From Octopus sinensis (lineage: Eukaryota), in the NCBI RefSeq assembly GCF_006345805.1, contig NC_043010.1, positions 66,030,001 to 66,094,000 of the forward strand: DNA of 64,000 nt, read 5' to 3'. The first letter of the stretch is position 1. Every line of letters starts with the position of its first letter. The notes under the pieces are model-generated. The model was not told the origin of the DNA. It did not search any database and was given only the letters and a program-made list of their open reading frames with translations. Below, piece after piece: positions 22,768 to 36,826 of this stretch. Made by a program: the position numbers and the translations under genes.

Positions 22768-23001
22768 TATCTGTAAATGTAATATGTGACAATTATTCGG
22801 TAGCCATGATAAAACTCCGAGTTTTGGATGCCGAGGTGGAAATCCATGCCGCCATCTCTTCAGTTATCCGGCCATCAGAAACAATGCTATCCGATGGCCG
22901 GATAACTGAAGAGATAGCGGCGTGGATTTCCACCTCGGCATCCGCCACTCGGAGTTTTATTATGGCTACGGAATAATTGTCACATATCACATTTACAGAT
23001 A
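22768..23001. repeat. Fold-back cassette: 109-bp arms, 16-nt spacer
   Basis: Paired coordinates sum to 45769; CTGAAGA near the centre on both strands. Confidence 0.9.
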
Positions 23002-23017
23002 TATATATATATATATA

Positions 23018-23190
23018 TCATCATCATCGTTTAACGTCCGTTCTCCATGCTAGCATGGGTTGGACGGTTCGACCTGGGATCTGGGAAGCCAGAAGGCTGC
23101 ACCAGGCTCCGGTCTTATCTGGCAATGTTTCTACAGCTGGATGCCCTTCCTAACGCCAACCACTCCGTGAGTGTAGTGGGTGCTTTTTAT
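23018..23190 (-). mobile_element. RTE 3' end fragment
   Basis: CATCATCATCGTTTAACGTCC... family body. Confidence 0.8.
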
Positions 23191-23332
23191 ATATATAGCG
23201 GTTTAGCAAAAGAGACCGATAGAATAAGTACTGGGCTTACAAAAATAAGTCCCAGGGTCGATTTGCTCGACTAAAGGCGGTGCTCCAGTATGGCCGCAGT
23301 CAAATGACTGAAACAAGTAAAAGAGTAAAAGA

Positions 23333-23380
<48 letters not shown>

Positions 23381-23394
23381 AAATGTAAAAAAAT

Positions 23395-23508
23395 ACAAAC
23401 TGGGACAAGAACGTAAAACATTTAGAAGTCGATACAAAAAACACGGACGGGACATTCGAAGCCTTCAATCTTCAGTCAAGAACCGGATCATCTTCGCAAT
23501 TTCGGCTT
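23395..23508 (-). repeat. Dispersed ~115-bp repeat, second copy at 34684-34805 (+)
   Basis: Reverse complement matches AGCCGAAATTGC...CTGAAGATTGAAGGCTTCGAATGTCC...CCCAGTTTGTAT. Confidence 0.8.
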
Positions 23509-23510
23509 TG

Positions 23511-23806
23511 CAGTACGAGTACCTCTTTGTCGGGTAACTTGGTGTCCAAGCCAAGACTCATACAAATTTTTGTCTTGAAGTATGAGCGGAAATCCGCAGT
23601 ACAAGCACACAAATCGTCCCATCTTTAAGGTAATTCAGTTAATAAAACCATTTTTCCTAATTGTCATTTTACTTGTAGCTACACCTATTCTGTTTTAAAA
23701 CCCACGAAAAATTGTTTTTGGGTGGTTTTGGGGGGGACAGGAACGGATTAATTATATTTTAGCTCGGTCATGGAACGAATTAAACTTGTATTGCGAGGTA
23801 TCACTT
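23511..23806. mobile_element. Degraded Tigger/pogo-like MITE
   Basis: Right end GGAACGAATTAAAC..CGAGGTATCACT resembles a Tigger-type TIR; left end degraded. Confidence 0.4.
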
Positions 23807-23811
23807 TGTGT

Positions 23812-25235
23812 GTGTGTGTGTGTGTGTTCTGTGTCTGTGTTTGTCCCCACACCACTATTTGACAACCGGTGTTGGTGTGTTTGCATCCCCTTAACTTAGT
23901 TGTTTGTCAAAAGTGACCAACAGAATTTGTACCAGGCTTAAAAAATAAGTATTGGGGTCAATCCATTTGTGGCCGCAGTCTCATGACGGAAACAAGTAAA
24001 GGTATATATATAGGCACAGGTAAAAAGCTTGCTTCCCAATTACATGATACTGGGTTCAGTCCCACTGCGTGGCACCTTGGCCAAGTGTCTTCTACTATAG
24101 CTTCAGGCCGACCAAAGCTTTGAGTGGATTTGGTGGAAGGAAACTGAAAGAAGCCCGTCGTATATATATGTATGTGTGTGTGTGTTTGTGTCTGTGCTTG
24201 TACCCCACCATCGCTTGACAACCGATGTTAGTGTGTTTATGTCCTCGTAACTTAGCGGTCCGGCAAAAATACCCGATAGATAGAATAAGTACTAGGCTTG
24301 AAAAGATATGTTCTGGTGTCGATTTGTTTGATTTTTTTTTTTAAAAACCTTCAAGGCGATGCTCCAGCATGGCCGCAGTCAAATGACTGAAACAAGTAAA
24401 TGACTAAAAGAACATATTACACACCCGTACACACCCGTTCAGATACACATGTGTATATATATATATTATTGTAGGCATATGAGTATGTGCGCGCACGGGT
24501 GGGTGTTTTATATTTCAGTGTGTGTGTGTGTGGTGTGTTCTGTGTCTGTGTTTGTCCCCACACCACTATTTGACAACCGGTGTTGGTGTGTTTGCATCCC
24601 CTTAACTTAGTTGTTTGTCAAAAGTGACCAACAGAATTTGTACCAGGCTTAAAAAATAAGTATTGGGGTCAATCCATTTGTGGCCGCAGTCTCATGACGG
24701 AAACAAGTAAAGGTATATATATAGGCACAGGTAAAAAGCTTGCTTCCCAATTACATGATACTGGGTTCAGTCCCACTGCGTGGCACCTTGGCCAAGTGTC
24801 TTCTACTATAGCTTCAGGCCGACCAAAGCTTTGAGTGGATTTGGTGGAAGGAAACTGAAAGAAGCCCGTCGTATATATATGTATGTGTGTGTGTGTTTGT
24901 GTCTGTGCTTGTACCCCACCATCGCTTGACAACCGATGTTAGTGTGTTTATGTCCTCGTAACTTAGCGGTCCGGCAAAAATACCCGATAGAATAAGTACT
25001 AGGCTTGAAAAGATATGTTCTGGTGTCGATTTGTTTGATTTTTTTTTTTAAAAACCTTCAAGGCGATGCTCCAGCATGGCCGCAGTCAAATGACTGAAAC
25101 AAGTAAATGACTAAAAGAACATATTACACACCCGTACACACCCGTTCAGATACACATGTGTATATATATATATATATTTGTAGGCATATGAGTATGTGCG
25201 CGCACGGGTGTTTATATTTCAGTGTGTGTGTGTGT
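23812..25235. repeat. ~711-bp tandem duplication of SINE A fragments
   Basis: Identical ORFs at 23958 and 24669; differences are mostly simple-repeat/homopolymer lengths. Confidence 0.9.
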
Positions 25236-26269
25236 GTGTGTGTGTTTCTATCCGAATGGCGAATGAGGGAGGGAGGGAGGAGCCCTGAAAAGAAGTTTTC
25301 TTGAGAAGACAAAAGCAAGATAATCGCTTGTTTCTGTTTGTCGTGGTGGCGGTGGTGATAATGATAGGGTAGCGGCGGAGGATTGGCAAGGCACAGAATT
25401 TGGCATCAAACTAAGCAGACACCATCGTCAGACGAGAAATGCAGAGCAGAACCCCATCACCCTCTTCACCAATCTTCAGCCGAATCTTCACACGCTCTTC
25501 TCAGCCTGCTTTTTTGAAGATGGATAGTCTTCTGTCCCAACTGCTGCGATAGACTGACATTAAAGGAGACATGAGATGTGGGGCGAAGGAGGAGGGGATG
25601 AAAGAGAAAGAGAGAGAGAGAGAGAGGTGGTGCGGGTGGTTGGGATGAGAATGAGATAGAGTGAGAGTAGTTGGAGATGAGTGAGAGAAAGATAGAGACA
25701 TTGTGAGAGGGAGATAAAGAGGGAGAGAAAGTTGAGGGAAAAGGAATATACGGGTGGGATGGGAGATAGAGGGCAGGAGAGGAGAAGAGATGGGAAGCGA
25801 AAATGGGAGGGCATGGAAGGGAGATATAGATAGATATGTAGAGTGAGAGAAAGAGAAAGACGGGTAAAGATACAGAGAGAGAAACAGATAGATAGAGTGA
25901 GAGAGACCTGAGGGTGGAATATATATATATATCTATACACAGGTTGAGAGATATAGATAGAGTGAGAGAGAGATGTAGATATATATATAGAGTGAATGAG
26001 AGAGAGAGAGAGATATAGACAGATACATAGAGAAGGTTGGGAGAAAACAATGAGAGGTTTAGTAAAAGCAAGAGGGAGATAGTGGGACTACGTGCATGTG
26101 TGTGAGGATGAAGGGAGAGATGAAGACGGGTGTATGCAATGTGTGTGTGATGGCATGGGATTTGAGGGTGTATGTGAAAGATTCTAGTTGAAGTTATGCA
26201 TGTGTATGTAGGTGAGTGAATGAGAGAGAGATACACACAATACGATGCAGTGTATGGGAGTAAGGATAA

Positions 26270-28280
<2,011 letters not shown>

Positions 28281-28599
28281 TTGACGATGTAGTTATGTTT
28301 ACATAAGAATCTATGGTCCATGTGTGTATATATATTAGGCGTAGAGAGATATACTCGAACCTACGTACGTATGTATAGATAGATGTATATTCATTCGTCG
28401 ATCGAGCCTGTCAATTATAATAACAGTGAAAAAAAAGAAAAAAAGCTGGCCTTGCTTTGGCTCAGAAAGTTTTTTTGAAGACGGCCCAGCAGTAGTAGCC
28501 AAGAGTAAAATCCCATCCAAAGAAGAACGACGATGGAAGAATAGTAGAATAATAAACTCTCCCCCGCCCCGTAACATTACAACCACTACTCCTCTCTTT

Positions 28600-28900
28600 C
28601 TTTCTCTCTCTCTCTCTTTCTATCTTTCTATCTCACTCTTTCTCTCTCACATGCTTGCTCCTCACTCTCACGTTGTCTCCTCTCCCTCTCTCTCTCTCTC
28701 TCTAACGCACTTTCTCTTCCCTCTCACTCTTTCTCTCTCACATGCTTGCTCCTCACTCTCACGTTGTCTCCTCTCTCTCTCTCTCTCTAACACACTTTCT
28801 ATCTCACTCTTTCTCTCTCACATGCTTGCTCCTCACTCTCACGTTGTCTCCTCTCTCTCTCTCTCTCTCTCTCTAACAAACTTTGTCTTCCCTCTCACAC
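28600..28900. repeat. CT-rich minisatellite, ~3 units
   Basis: CTCTCACATGCTTGCTCCTCACTCTCACGTTGTCTCC occurs three times. Confidence 0.85.
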
Positions 28901-29719
28901 TTTCTCCTCTCACTATCTACTCGTACTTTTTCTCGTTTGTTTCTTTGTGTTCTTTCTCTTTCTCTCTCTCTCTCTCTCACTTTCTTTCACTCTGTCTTTT
29001 AGTCTCTCACACTTTCACCTCCCTCGCACACATTCTTCTCTCTCTCTCAAACTTTCTCCCCCTCTTTATCCCTCTCATACTTTCTCCGTTCTCTCTCTCT
29101 CTCTCTCATTCACTTTCTCTCACACAATCTTCTTAAATTTATCTCTTTACTCTCTCTCTTACACTTATACTTCTTCTTCCTCTCTTTCTCGCGCTCTACT
29201 TCCCCGTTGCTCTCACGCATTCCTTCTCATCCTTCCCTCTCTCTCTCTCTCTCTCCCTCTCCCTCACTTTCTCTCGTTCTCATTTTCACTGTCTATTTAA
29301 TTCTCTATATCTCTATTCACACTTTCTCTCCCCCCCTTTTATTTCTTTGTCTGTTCTCCCTCTCTCTCTCTCTGTCTCTCTCTCTCTGTATTACACTCTG
29401 TCTCTCTCTTTCTTTTATGTCCCGTTCTTTAACAGAAAGAATTCCACGTTTCTTTCCTTCTATATCCTCTCCCACACCATACCACCACCACCACCACCAC
29501 CACCGTTCCTTCTTTTCACTGACTATTCTACACAACCACTCTCTCGCTCTTTTTTTTTTTTCCTTTCTCTTATCTATACCCTTTCTCTTCCTCTGCCCTT
29601 CTCGTTGTTTTCCAAAAATTTTCTCTTCCCCTCTCTCTCTCTCTTATTATTTTCTGTGTATACATATATATATATATTATGCATACACATTCATATATCT
29701 ATGTAATATATATATATAT

Positions 29720-29728
29720 ATAGGTAGG

Positions 29729-29776
<48 letters not shown>

Positions 29777-29782
29777 CGGATG

Positions 29783-29832
<50 letters not shown>

Positions 29833-29895
29833 CAGATAGATAGATAGATAGATGGATGGATAGATAGATAGGTAGATAGATAGGTAGATAGATAA

Positions 29896-29937
<42 letters not shown>

Positions 29938-29973
29938 GGATGGATGGATAGATAGACAGACAGACAGACAGAC

Positions 29974-30032
<59 letters not shown>
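29720..30032. repeat. (GATA)n microsatellite
   Basis: Direct reading. Confidence 0.95.
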
Positions 30033-30112
30033 GTGCATACATTCATACATCTACATAGATATATAAAACATATGGATGATACATTGTGTGTGTGTATGTG
30101 AATGTATGTATG

Positions 30113-30144
<32 letters not shown>

Positions 30145-30594
30145 CGCGCGTGTATATAAACACACACATATGCCCGATATATACGTGTGTGTGTGTATAC
30201 ATACGTAAAAAGTTTAATCTACACACATGCATACGTACGTAATGTAAAATCTGGCGCTGTCTTTCTCTGATAGATTCTCTTGTCCCATCTCTTTCTTCCT
30301 TTCCTTCTTTCACATTTTTTCTGGCTCTGATCTTCCCACCCTTTGCTTTCCTTTGCTTTTCTTTCCTTCAATCTTTTTCACACGCCGTCTGACACCCTTT
30401 GTCTGCTCTTCTTTTTCAGTTTTCCTTTCTTTTGTTATTCTTCATTCTTATTCATTTGCCATTTCTCTCACATTCTGATCCATTTTCTTTCCAACATTTT
30501 TTTTTTTTGCTTTTATTTTCACACCTCTTGTACTCAACTCTCCCTCTCGCTCTCTTTCCCCTTTCTCTCTCTCCCTCTCGCTCTCTTTCCCCTT

Positions 30595-30627
<33 letters not shown>

Positions 30628-31194
30628 ATCTATCTATCTTCCTCTTTCTCTCTACACCTATGTATATTTGTGTGTGTGTATGCATATGTGAATGTATGTC
30701 TTAGTATGTACTTAGATTGTTTTAACCAACACAGTTCTGTGTGTATGTGTGTGTGTTTATGCGCACATAAAAAGCGCACTCAGTACATGGGATAGAGTAT
30801 ACGGGGTGCGAGGTTGTTTTTGAGGACATGATAATGTCGCTAATCATTATTATTATCAGCATTACACATAAAAAAAAAATGAAGAGACGCACAGTCATTG
30901 TTGCCATATAAGCGTAACACAAAGATTTAGATAGAAATTGCCAACCTTCTAAATGTTATAGGATCTTTTGTACACAGTCCGGGTAGAACTGGAAGCCTCA
31001 GGAGGGAATATTTCAACTGTATCAAGGAGCAAAAACATATCATAAACGTTAGGACATTTACAAGCAGGGACGGGTTAAGACTCATCGAGGCCCTAAACAC
31101 TTAAAAGGTTTTGGTGCCCCCATAAAAGATTATGTAATTCAAAATATAAACAATAACAACCATTAAATAAATTTTTATTTTACAAAACAAAATA

Positions 31195-31580
31195 GGCACA
31201 GGAGTGGCTGTGTGGTAAGTAGCTTGTTTACCAACCACATGGTTCCGGGTTCAGTCCCACTGCGTGGCACCTTGGGCAAGTGTCTTCTACTATAGCCTCG
31301 GGTCGAGGTAGACGGAAACTGAAAGAAGCCCGTCGTATATATGTATATATATATTTATGTTTGTGTGTCTGTGTTTGTCCCCCCCCCCCCCAACATCACT
31401 TGACAACCGATGCTGGTGAGTTTACGTCACAGTAACTTAGCGGTTCGGCAAAAAGAGGCTGATGGAATAAGTACTAAGCTTACAAAGAATAAGTCCTGGG
31501 AATCGATTTGCTCGACTAAAGGCGGTGCTCCAGCATGGCCACAGTCAAATGACTGAAACAAGTAAAAGAGTAAAACAGTA
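31195..31580 (+). mobile_element. SINE family A
   Basis: GGCACAGGAGTGGCTGTGTGG head through ACAAGTAAAAGAG tail, with an internal deletion. Confidence 0.85.
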
Positions 31581-31914
31581 AAACAGTGAGAGGGAAAATA
31601 ATGTTTATTATTTTTGTCTACTTCCATTTTATTTATATTTGTAAAGTTTCCTCCTACTTTTTTGAATTGCAAAGTCTTTGATCAGATCCTCAGAATTAAT
31701 CTTAGGTAAGACATCTGCATCTATACTCAGTAGAGATAAAGGCATCCCGAATATTATTTTAGCAAGTTTAAAGTGATTTCTTTTGTGCCGTAGACCATTT
31801 ACCATTTCTGTGGTGCTCCCCTATTTCCCTTGATGCACTAAGCATATGCTTATTTTGCTTAATGGTTAATCCAGCGCTGCTTACAAGGATACTGCAATTC
31901 ATCCAATGGATATA

Positions 31915-32525
31915 AAATATTATCGATGATAATCCCAGAAAATTTGTGAAGGCCATCGCAAAAGATCTTAAGGTGTCGGAGTAGACTACTAGATCTGTAG
32001 TGCACGAGGACATTCGATACAAGTCGTATGTACTGAAGAGGGGCTGGCAAGATTATGTTGCAAAGACACAGGGGAAATGATTTGATCCATGCCAAGGTTT
32101 AAAACTCTCACGAACGTTGTATGATTCAGTTCTCTGAGGAGAGATATCTCGACCAAGACCAAAAGTCTAACAAAAGAAATAACAGAAGGTTATGTGGAGA
32201 TTCTTTTGGTGACCCCAGAATAGTGCACACGGAATTTCCAGCAACTGTGGTGGTTTTAAGAGCTGTGAGTTACGAAGATCGTGTCATACCACCACATCTC
32301 GTTTCACGGGGTCTTAGAATTAATGCCGAGGTGCTGGAGATAATTGTTAAGCTCTGAATGAATGGAATACACAGTGGCAGGCCGTACGTATTTCAACAAA
32401 CCTCAGCGCCCTCTCACAAATCCTACGTAACCCAAGAATGGAACGCTAAACTTGTGGCCTCCAAACTCGCCAGATTTAAACCCCTTAGACTATTATGCTA
32501 GTGGTGTTGTTGAAAGAGAGAACTA
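31915..32525 (+). pseudogene. Decayed Tc1/mariner-superfamily (maT/DD37D-like) transposase
   Basis: IDDNPRKFVKAIAKDLKVSE*TTRSVVHEDIRYKSY...FSEERYLDQDQKSNKRN...GRPYVFQQTSAPSH...WPPNSPDLNPLDYY. Confidence 0.8.
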
Positions 32526-32543
32526 GTCTACATCCATACAATA

Positions 32544-32777
32544 CCTATTTCTTTACTACCTACAAGGGGCTAAACACAGTGGGGACAAACAAGGACAGAC
32601 AAACGGATTAAGTCGATTACATCGACTCCAGGGCGTAACTGGTACTTAATTTATCGACCTCGAAAGGATGAAAGGCAAAGTCGACCTCGGCGGAATTTGA
32701 ACTCAGAACGTAACGGCAGACGAAATACGGCTACGCATTTCGCCTGACGTGCTAACGATTCTGCCAGCTCGCCACCA
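32544..32777 (-). mobile_element. SINE family B, monomer, full length
   Basis: Reverse complement of the head (GGTGGCGAGCTGGCAGAATC) through tail (GTAGTAAAGAAATAGG). Confidence 0.85.
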
Positions 32778-33224
32778 TAGCTTCCCTGAAGACTGCCAAT
32801 GTCCAAGTGATGTCAGAAATGAATAAGGACCATTTGGTGTAGGCAAATCAACGATTTCGGCCCCGCATTGAAGCAGATTTCGAATCTGAAAATGGATTCA
32901 TGGAATAATCTTATAAGAGAGGTTCTTGGGAATGCACGCACACAGTTTTTATTAAAATACATTTGGTTTTTTGTTAGATTGGAGATGTTTTGTTAAATTA
33001 CCAAATATGTCCTCAGAAGCGTCTCGCAGCCTGTATATTGGAAAACTGTCAGAGAATTCACTGACAGTTTTCCAGTGCAAACACAGACACGCACACACAC
33101 ACACAAACACACACACACAAACACACACATACACACAAGCATATACATACACGTACACACACGCACACATATACATATACGCGTGCATATGCGCACATGA
33201 CATCAAATTAACAGAGTCGCTGAA

Positions 33225-33550
33225 GCGTTGGATAGAATACCTTACACCATTTCTTCTGACTTTCTGTGCTCTGAGTTCAAATCCCGCCAAAGTCAACGCT
33301 GACTTTCGTTATTTCGGGGTCGATAAATCAAGTAATAGCCCTGAGTAGTGGATTGGCGGAATTTTTTTGAACGTTGGACTAAATGACTTGCGGTATCTAT
33401 TTTGGGTTCTGAGTTCGAATTCCGCTTAGATCGACTTTGCCTTTCGTCCTTTCGGGGTCGATAAATTAAGTACCAGTTGCGCACTGGGGTCGATCTAATC
33501 GACTGGCCTCTCTCCCAAAATTTCGGGCCTTGTGCCTAGAGTAGAAAAGG
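33225..33550 (+). mobile_element. Two partial SINE B copies in tandem
   Basis: Two CTGAGTTC(A/G)AAT...GGGGTCGATAAAT segments; alternative tail TTTCGGGCCTTGTGCCTAGAGTAGAAA. Confidence 0.7.
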
Positions 33551-33760
33551 GTTCGTATGTCCTAATTCTATCTCCGATCACTGCAGAAATAAGGGTTCAC
33601 AGGAGACCCTGCAGAATCACTAACAAGTTATGAGAAGTTCTTTAGCAGGCGCCCTAATATTTCAACTCATCGCTCTCAATGTTAACACTTTAGCTGGCTG
33701 GAGAGAATACAAGGGGCCTATCAAGGCCCGCACCCTCGACGAACATCGACATGTGTGTAA

Positions 33761-33771
33761 GGATGGATGAG

Positions 33772-33802
<31 letters not shown>

Positions 33803-33987
33803 ATGGATGGATGGACGGACGGATGGATGGATGGATGGATGGACGGACGGATGGATGGATGAGTGGATGGATGGATGGATGGATGGATGGACGGACGGAT
33901 GGATGGATGGATGGATGGATGGATGGACGGACGGATGGATGGATGAGTGGATGGATGGATGGATGGACGGATGGATGGATGGATGAG

Positions 33988-34018
<31 letters not shown>

Positions 34019-34175
34019 ATGGATGGACGGACGGATGGATGGATGGATGGATGGATGGATGGATGGACGGACGGATGGATGGATGGATGGATGGATGGAT
34101 GGATGGATGGACGGACGGATGGATGGATGGGTGGATGGAAGGATGGATGGACGGACGGACGGATGGATGGATGAG

Positions 34176-34206
<31 letters not shown>

Positions 34207-34258
34207 ATGGACGGACGGATGGATGGATGAGTGGATGGATGGATGGATGGATGGATGG
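33761..34258. repeat. (GGAT)n microsatellite with GGAC/GAGT variants
   Basis: Direct reading; source of the MDGW/PSIH ORFs. Confidence 0.95.
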
Positions 34259-34629
34259 TCGCATTGTTTTATATATGTTATATGAAAGTCAACAAGCACT
34301 TAGAGAACTCAAGCTAGAACGAAGAGTGGCATGTGTGTGTGTGTGTGTGTGTGTGAGTCTATACACACACGTGCGCGCACACACACACACAGGTATGTAT
34401 GTTTTTTTTTTCAGTCATTGGACAGCGGCCATGCTGGGGCACTTGCTTTGAAGAATGTTAATTGAACAAACCGACCGCAGTATTAGTTTTTGTTTTTAAG
34501 CCTGCCACTTATTTTGTCGGTCTGTTTTGCTGAATCGCTAAGTTACGGAGACGTAAACAAACCAATACCGGTTGCTAACCGGTGGTGGGAGAACAGACAC
34601 ATACACATACACACATGTGTGTGTCTGTA

Positions 34630-34665
<36 letters not shown>

Positions 34666-34807
34666 CATATATATATATTAATCAGCCGAAATTGCTAGGA
34701 TGATCCGGTTCTTGACTGAAGATTGAAGGCTTCGAATGTCCCGTCCGTGTTTTTTGTATCGTCTTCTAAATGTTTTACGTTCTTGTCCCAGTTTGTATTT
34801 TTCTACA

Positions 34808-34839
<32 letters not shown>

Positions 34840-36066
34840 CTAGACTAGACTAGACTAGGTTAGACTAGACTAGGCTAGACTAGACTAAACTACCCGTGAC
34901 CCGTTGGGTTACCGGAAAAGCTTGAGTTTCCCACCGACGGAGTTTTATACCGTGGGTTTTTTTCTTTTCTTTTCCAGGTTATTTCGCATGCTTTCAACGA
35001 ATGTGACATTGAAATCACGCGTAAACGGCTCCTTTCCCCAGAAAAGGAACGATTTGGCTATTATTTCTTGCACACCTTGCTACCACGTGACAAGAATTTC
35101 GAGTCTTTTGTCGCAAATAGCTGTTACGTGGTAGCAGGGTGTGCTAGAAATAGCAACCAAATCTTTGAGTGCACTTGAAAAAAAAAAACAATAGAAAAAA
35201 ATTATTTCACACCGAAGTTACAAACGGTTCTTTTATGAAATATTTACCGTACTTTAAAAGTCATTTTCACTTTAAAATATTTTTAAATATGCCAAAACAA
35301 TTTTTGTAAATTGTATTCACTTGAAAATAATTTTAAAAAACATAAAAATATTGTCTGTTTAAAGAAAGCAAAAATATGAATACTTATTGTACAAACAATT
35401 TACATTTTTGAAATCACATTCACTTAAAAATATTTCTAAACGATTAAAATATTGTGTTTAACAGAAGCGAAAATAGAAACATTTACTGTAAAAAAAACAA
35501 ATCGTATTTTTTCGTTGTCAAGTCTAATCGAAAGGTAAGAATTTCTTCCCATTCAGGATTAAGCTATTTTCGTAATATTTTCTTATTATGCACCATTTGG
35601 GGTATTTATACCCGCGAAACCTCCAAATATCTCAAAAAAACCTACTTGTCCGATTTACATGAAACTTGTTTTATTCCGATCGTATTAACATTTCAGGGAC
35701 AACTTAATTCATAGTATTTTTCCATTATGTGCCAGTTTGGCTGGGTAACATTGCAAGCAAGCAAGCAAGATTCGAGCTGACTTCTTTCAGTTTCCATGTA
35801 CCAAGTTCATTCACAAGGCTATGGTCAGCCCGAAGCTATTGTAGAAGACACTTGCCCAAGGTGCAACGCAGTGGGACTGAAATCGGAAGCAAGCTTTTTA
35901 CTACACAGACCACCTGCGCCTATGTATGTGTGTATGTATGTACTATGTATGCATGCATGTATGTATGTATGTATGTATGTATGTATGTATGCGTACATGT
36001 ATGTATGTATGTATGTATGTATGTACGTATGTATGTATGTATGTATCTATCTATCTATCTCTCTTT

Positions 36067-36446
36067 AACTCTCTTTTACTTGTTTCAGTCATTTGACTGA
36101 GGCCATGCTGAAGCAACGCCTTTAGTCAAGCAAATTTACCCAGGACTTATTCTTTGTAAGCCTAGTACTTATTATATCGGTCTCTTTGCCGAACCGCTAA
36201 GTTACGGGGACGTAAACACACCAGCATCGGTTGTCAAGCGATGTTGGGGGACAAACACAGACACACAAACACACACACACATATATATATATATACATAT
36301 ATACGACGGGCTTCTTTCAGTTTCCGTCTACCAAATCCACTCACAAGGCTTTGTTCGGCCCGAGGCTATAGTAGAAGACATTTGCCCAAGGTTCCACGCA
36401 GTGGGACTGAACCCGGAATGGCTACTTACCACAGCCACTCCTGCGC
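36067..36446 (-). mobile_element. SINE family A, near full length
   Basis: Family consensus, reverse complement. Confidence 0.85.
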
Positions 36447-36475
36447 CTATCTATCGATCTATCTATCTATCTATC

Positions 36476-36748
36476 GTAACTTCATTGACCGAGGTTACCG
36501 TGGTCTTTTCCGTAGGCTTTTCTTTCCACGGGTAAATCTCATCTGTCCTCCCCTTTACACTTCATATTGACATTTCTGTGATAACGATCCCTATTGATCA
36601 ATTTTTTTATCCCCCCCTTTTTTGTCCTCCTTTCCTTTTACGATCCCTTTTGATCGAAAACCAAACCCCCTTTTTTACCCCCAAAAGAAAAGCTCTACCT
36701 TGTAATTTGTCCTGTCTGTGTGCAGCCCTGTGTGGCTAATAAAGAAAC
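36476..36748 (+). mobile_element. 5'-truncated copy of the Tx1-like LINE 3' UTR, flanked by (CTAT)n on both sides
   Basis: Aligns with 57360-57590 (AGGTTACCGTGGTCTTTTCCGTAGGCTTTTCTTTCCACGG; AAAGAAAAGCTCTAC), which follows the Tx1 ORF2 stop. Confidence 0.75.
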
Positions 36749-36749
36749 A

Positions 36750-36826
<77 letters not shown>

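Noticed and set aside
25245-25600. Unique, GC-richer sequence, possibly an exon or 5' UTR (also 28400-28590, 44095-44290)
   Set aside because: No convincing ORF, homology or splice-site pair; may be UTR or promoter but cannot be supported from sequence.
34714-34746. CTGAAGA...GAATGTC as a hammerhead (also 23455-23478)
   Set aside because: GAAA is incomplete, stem II is cramped and stem I does not pair in either copy.
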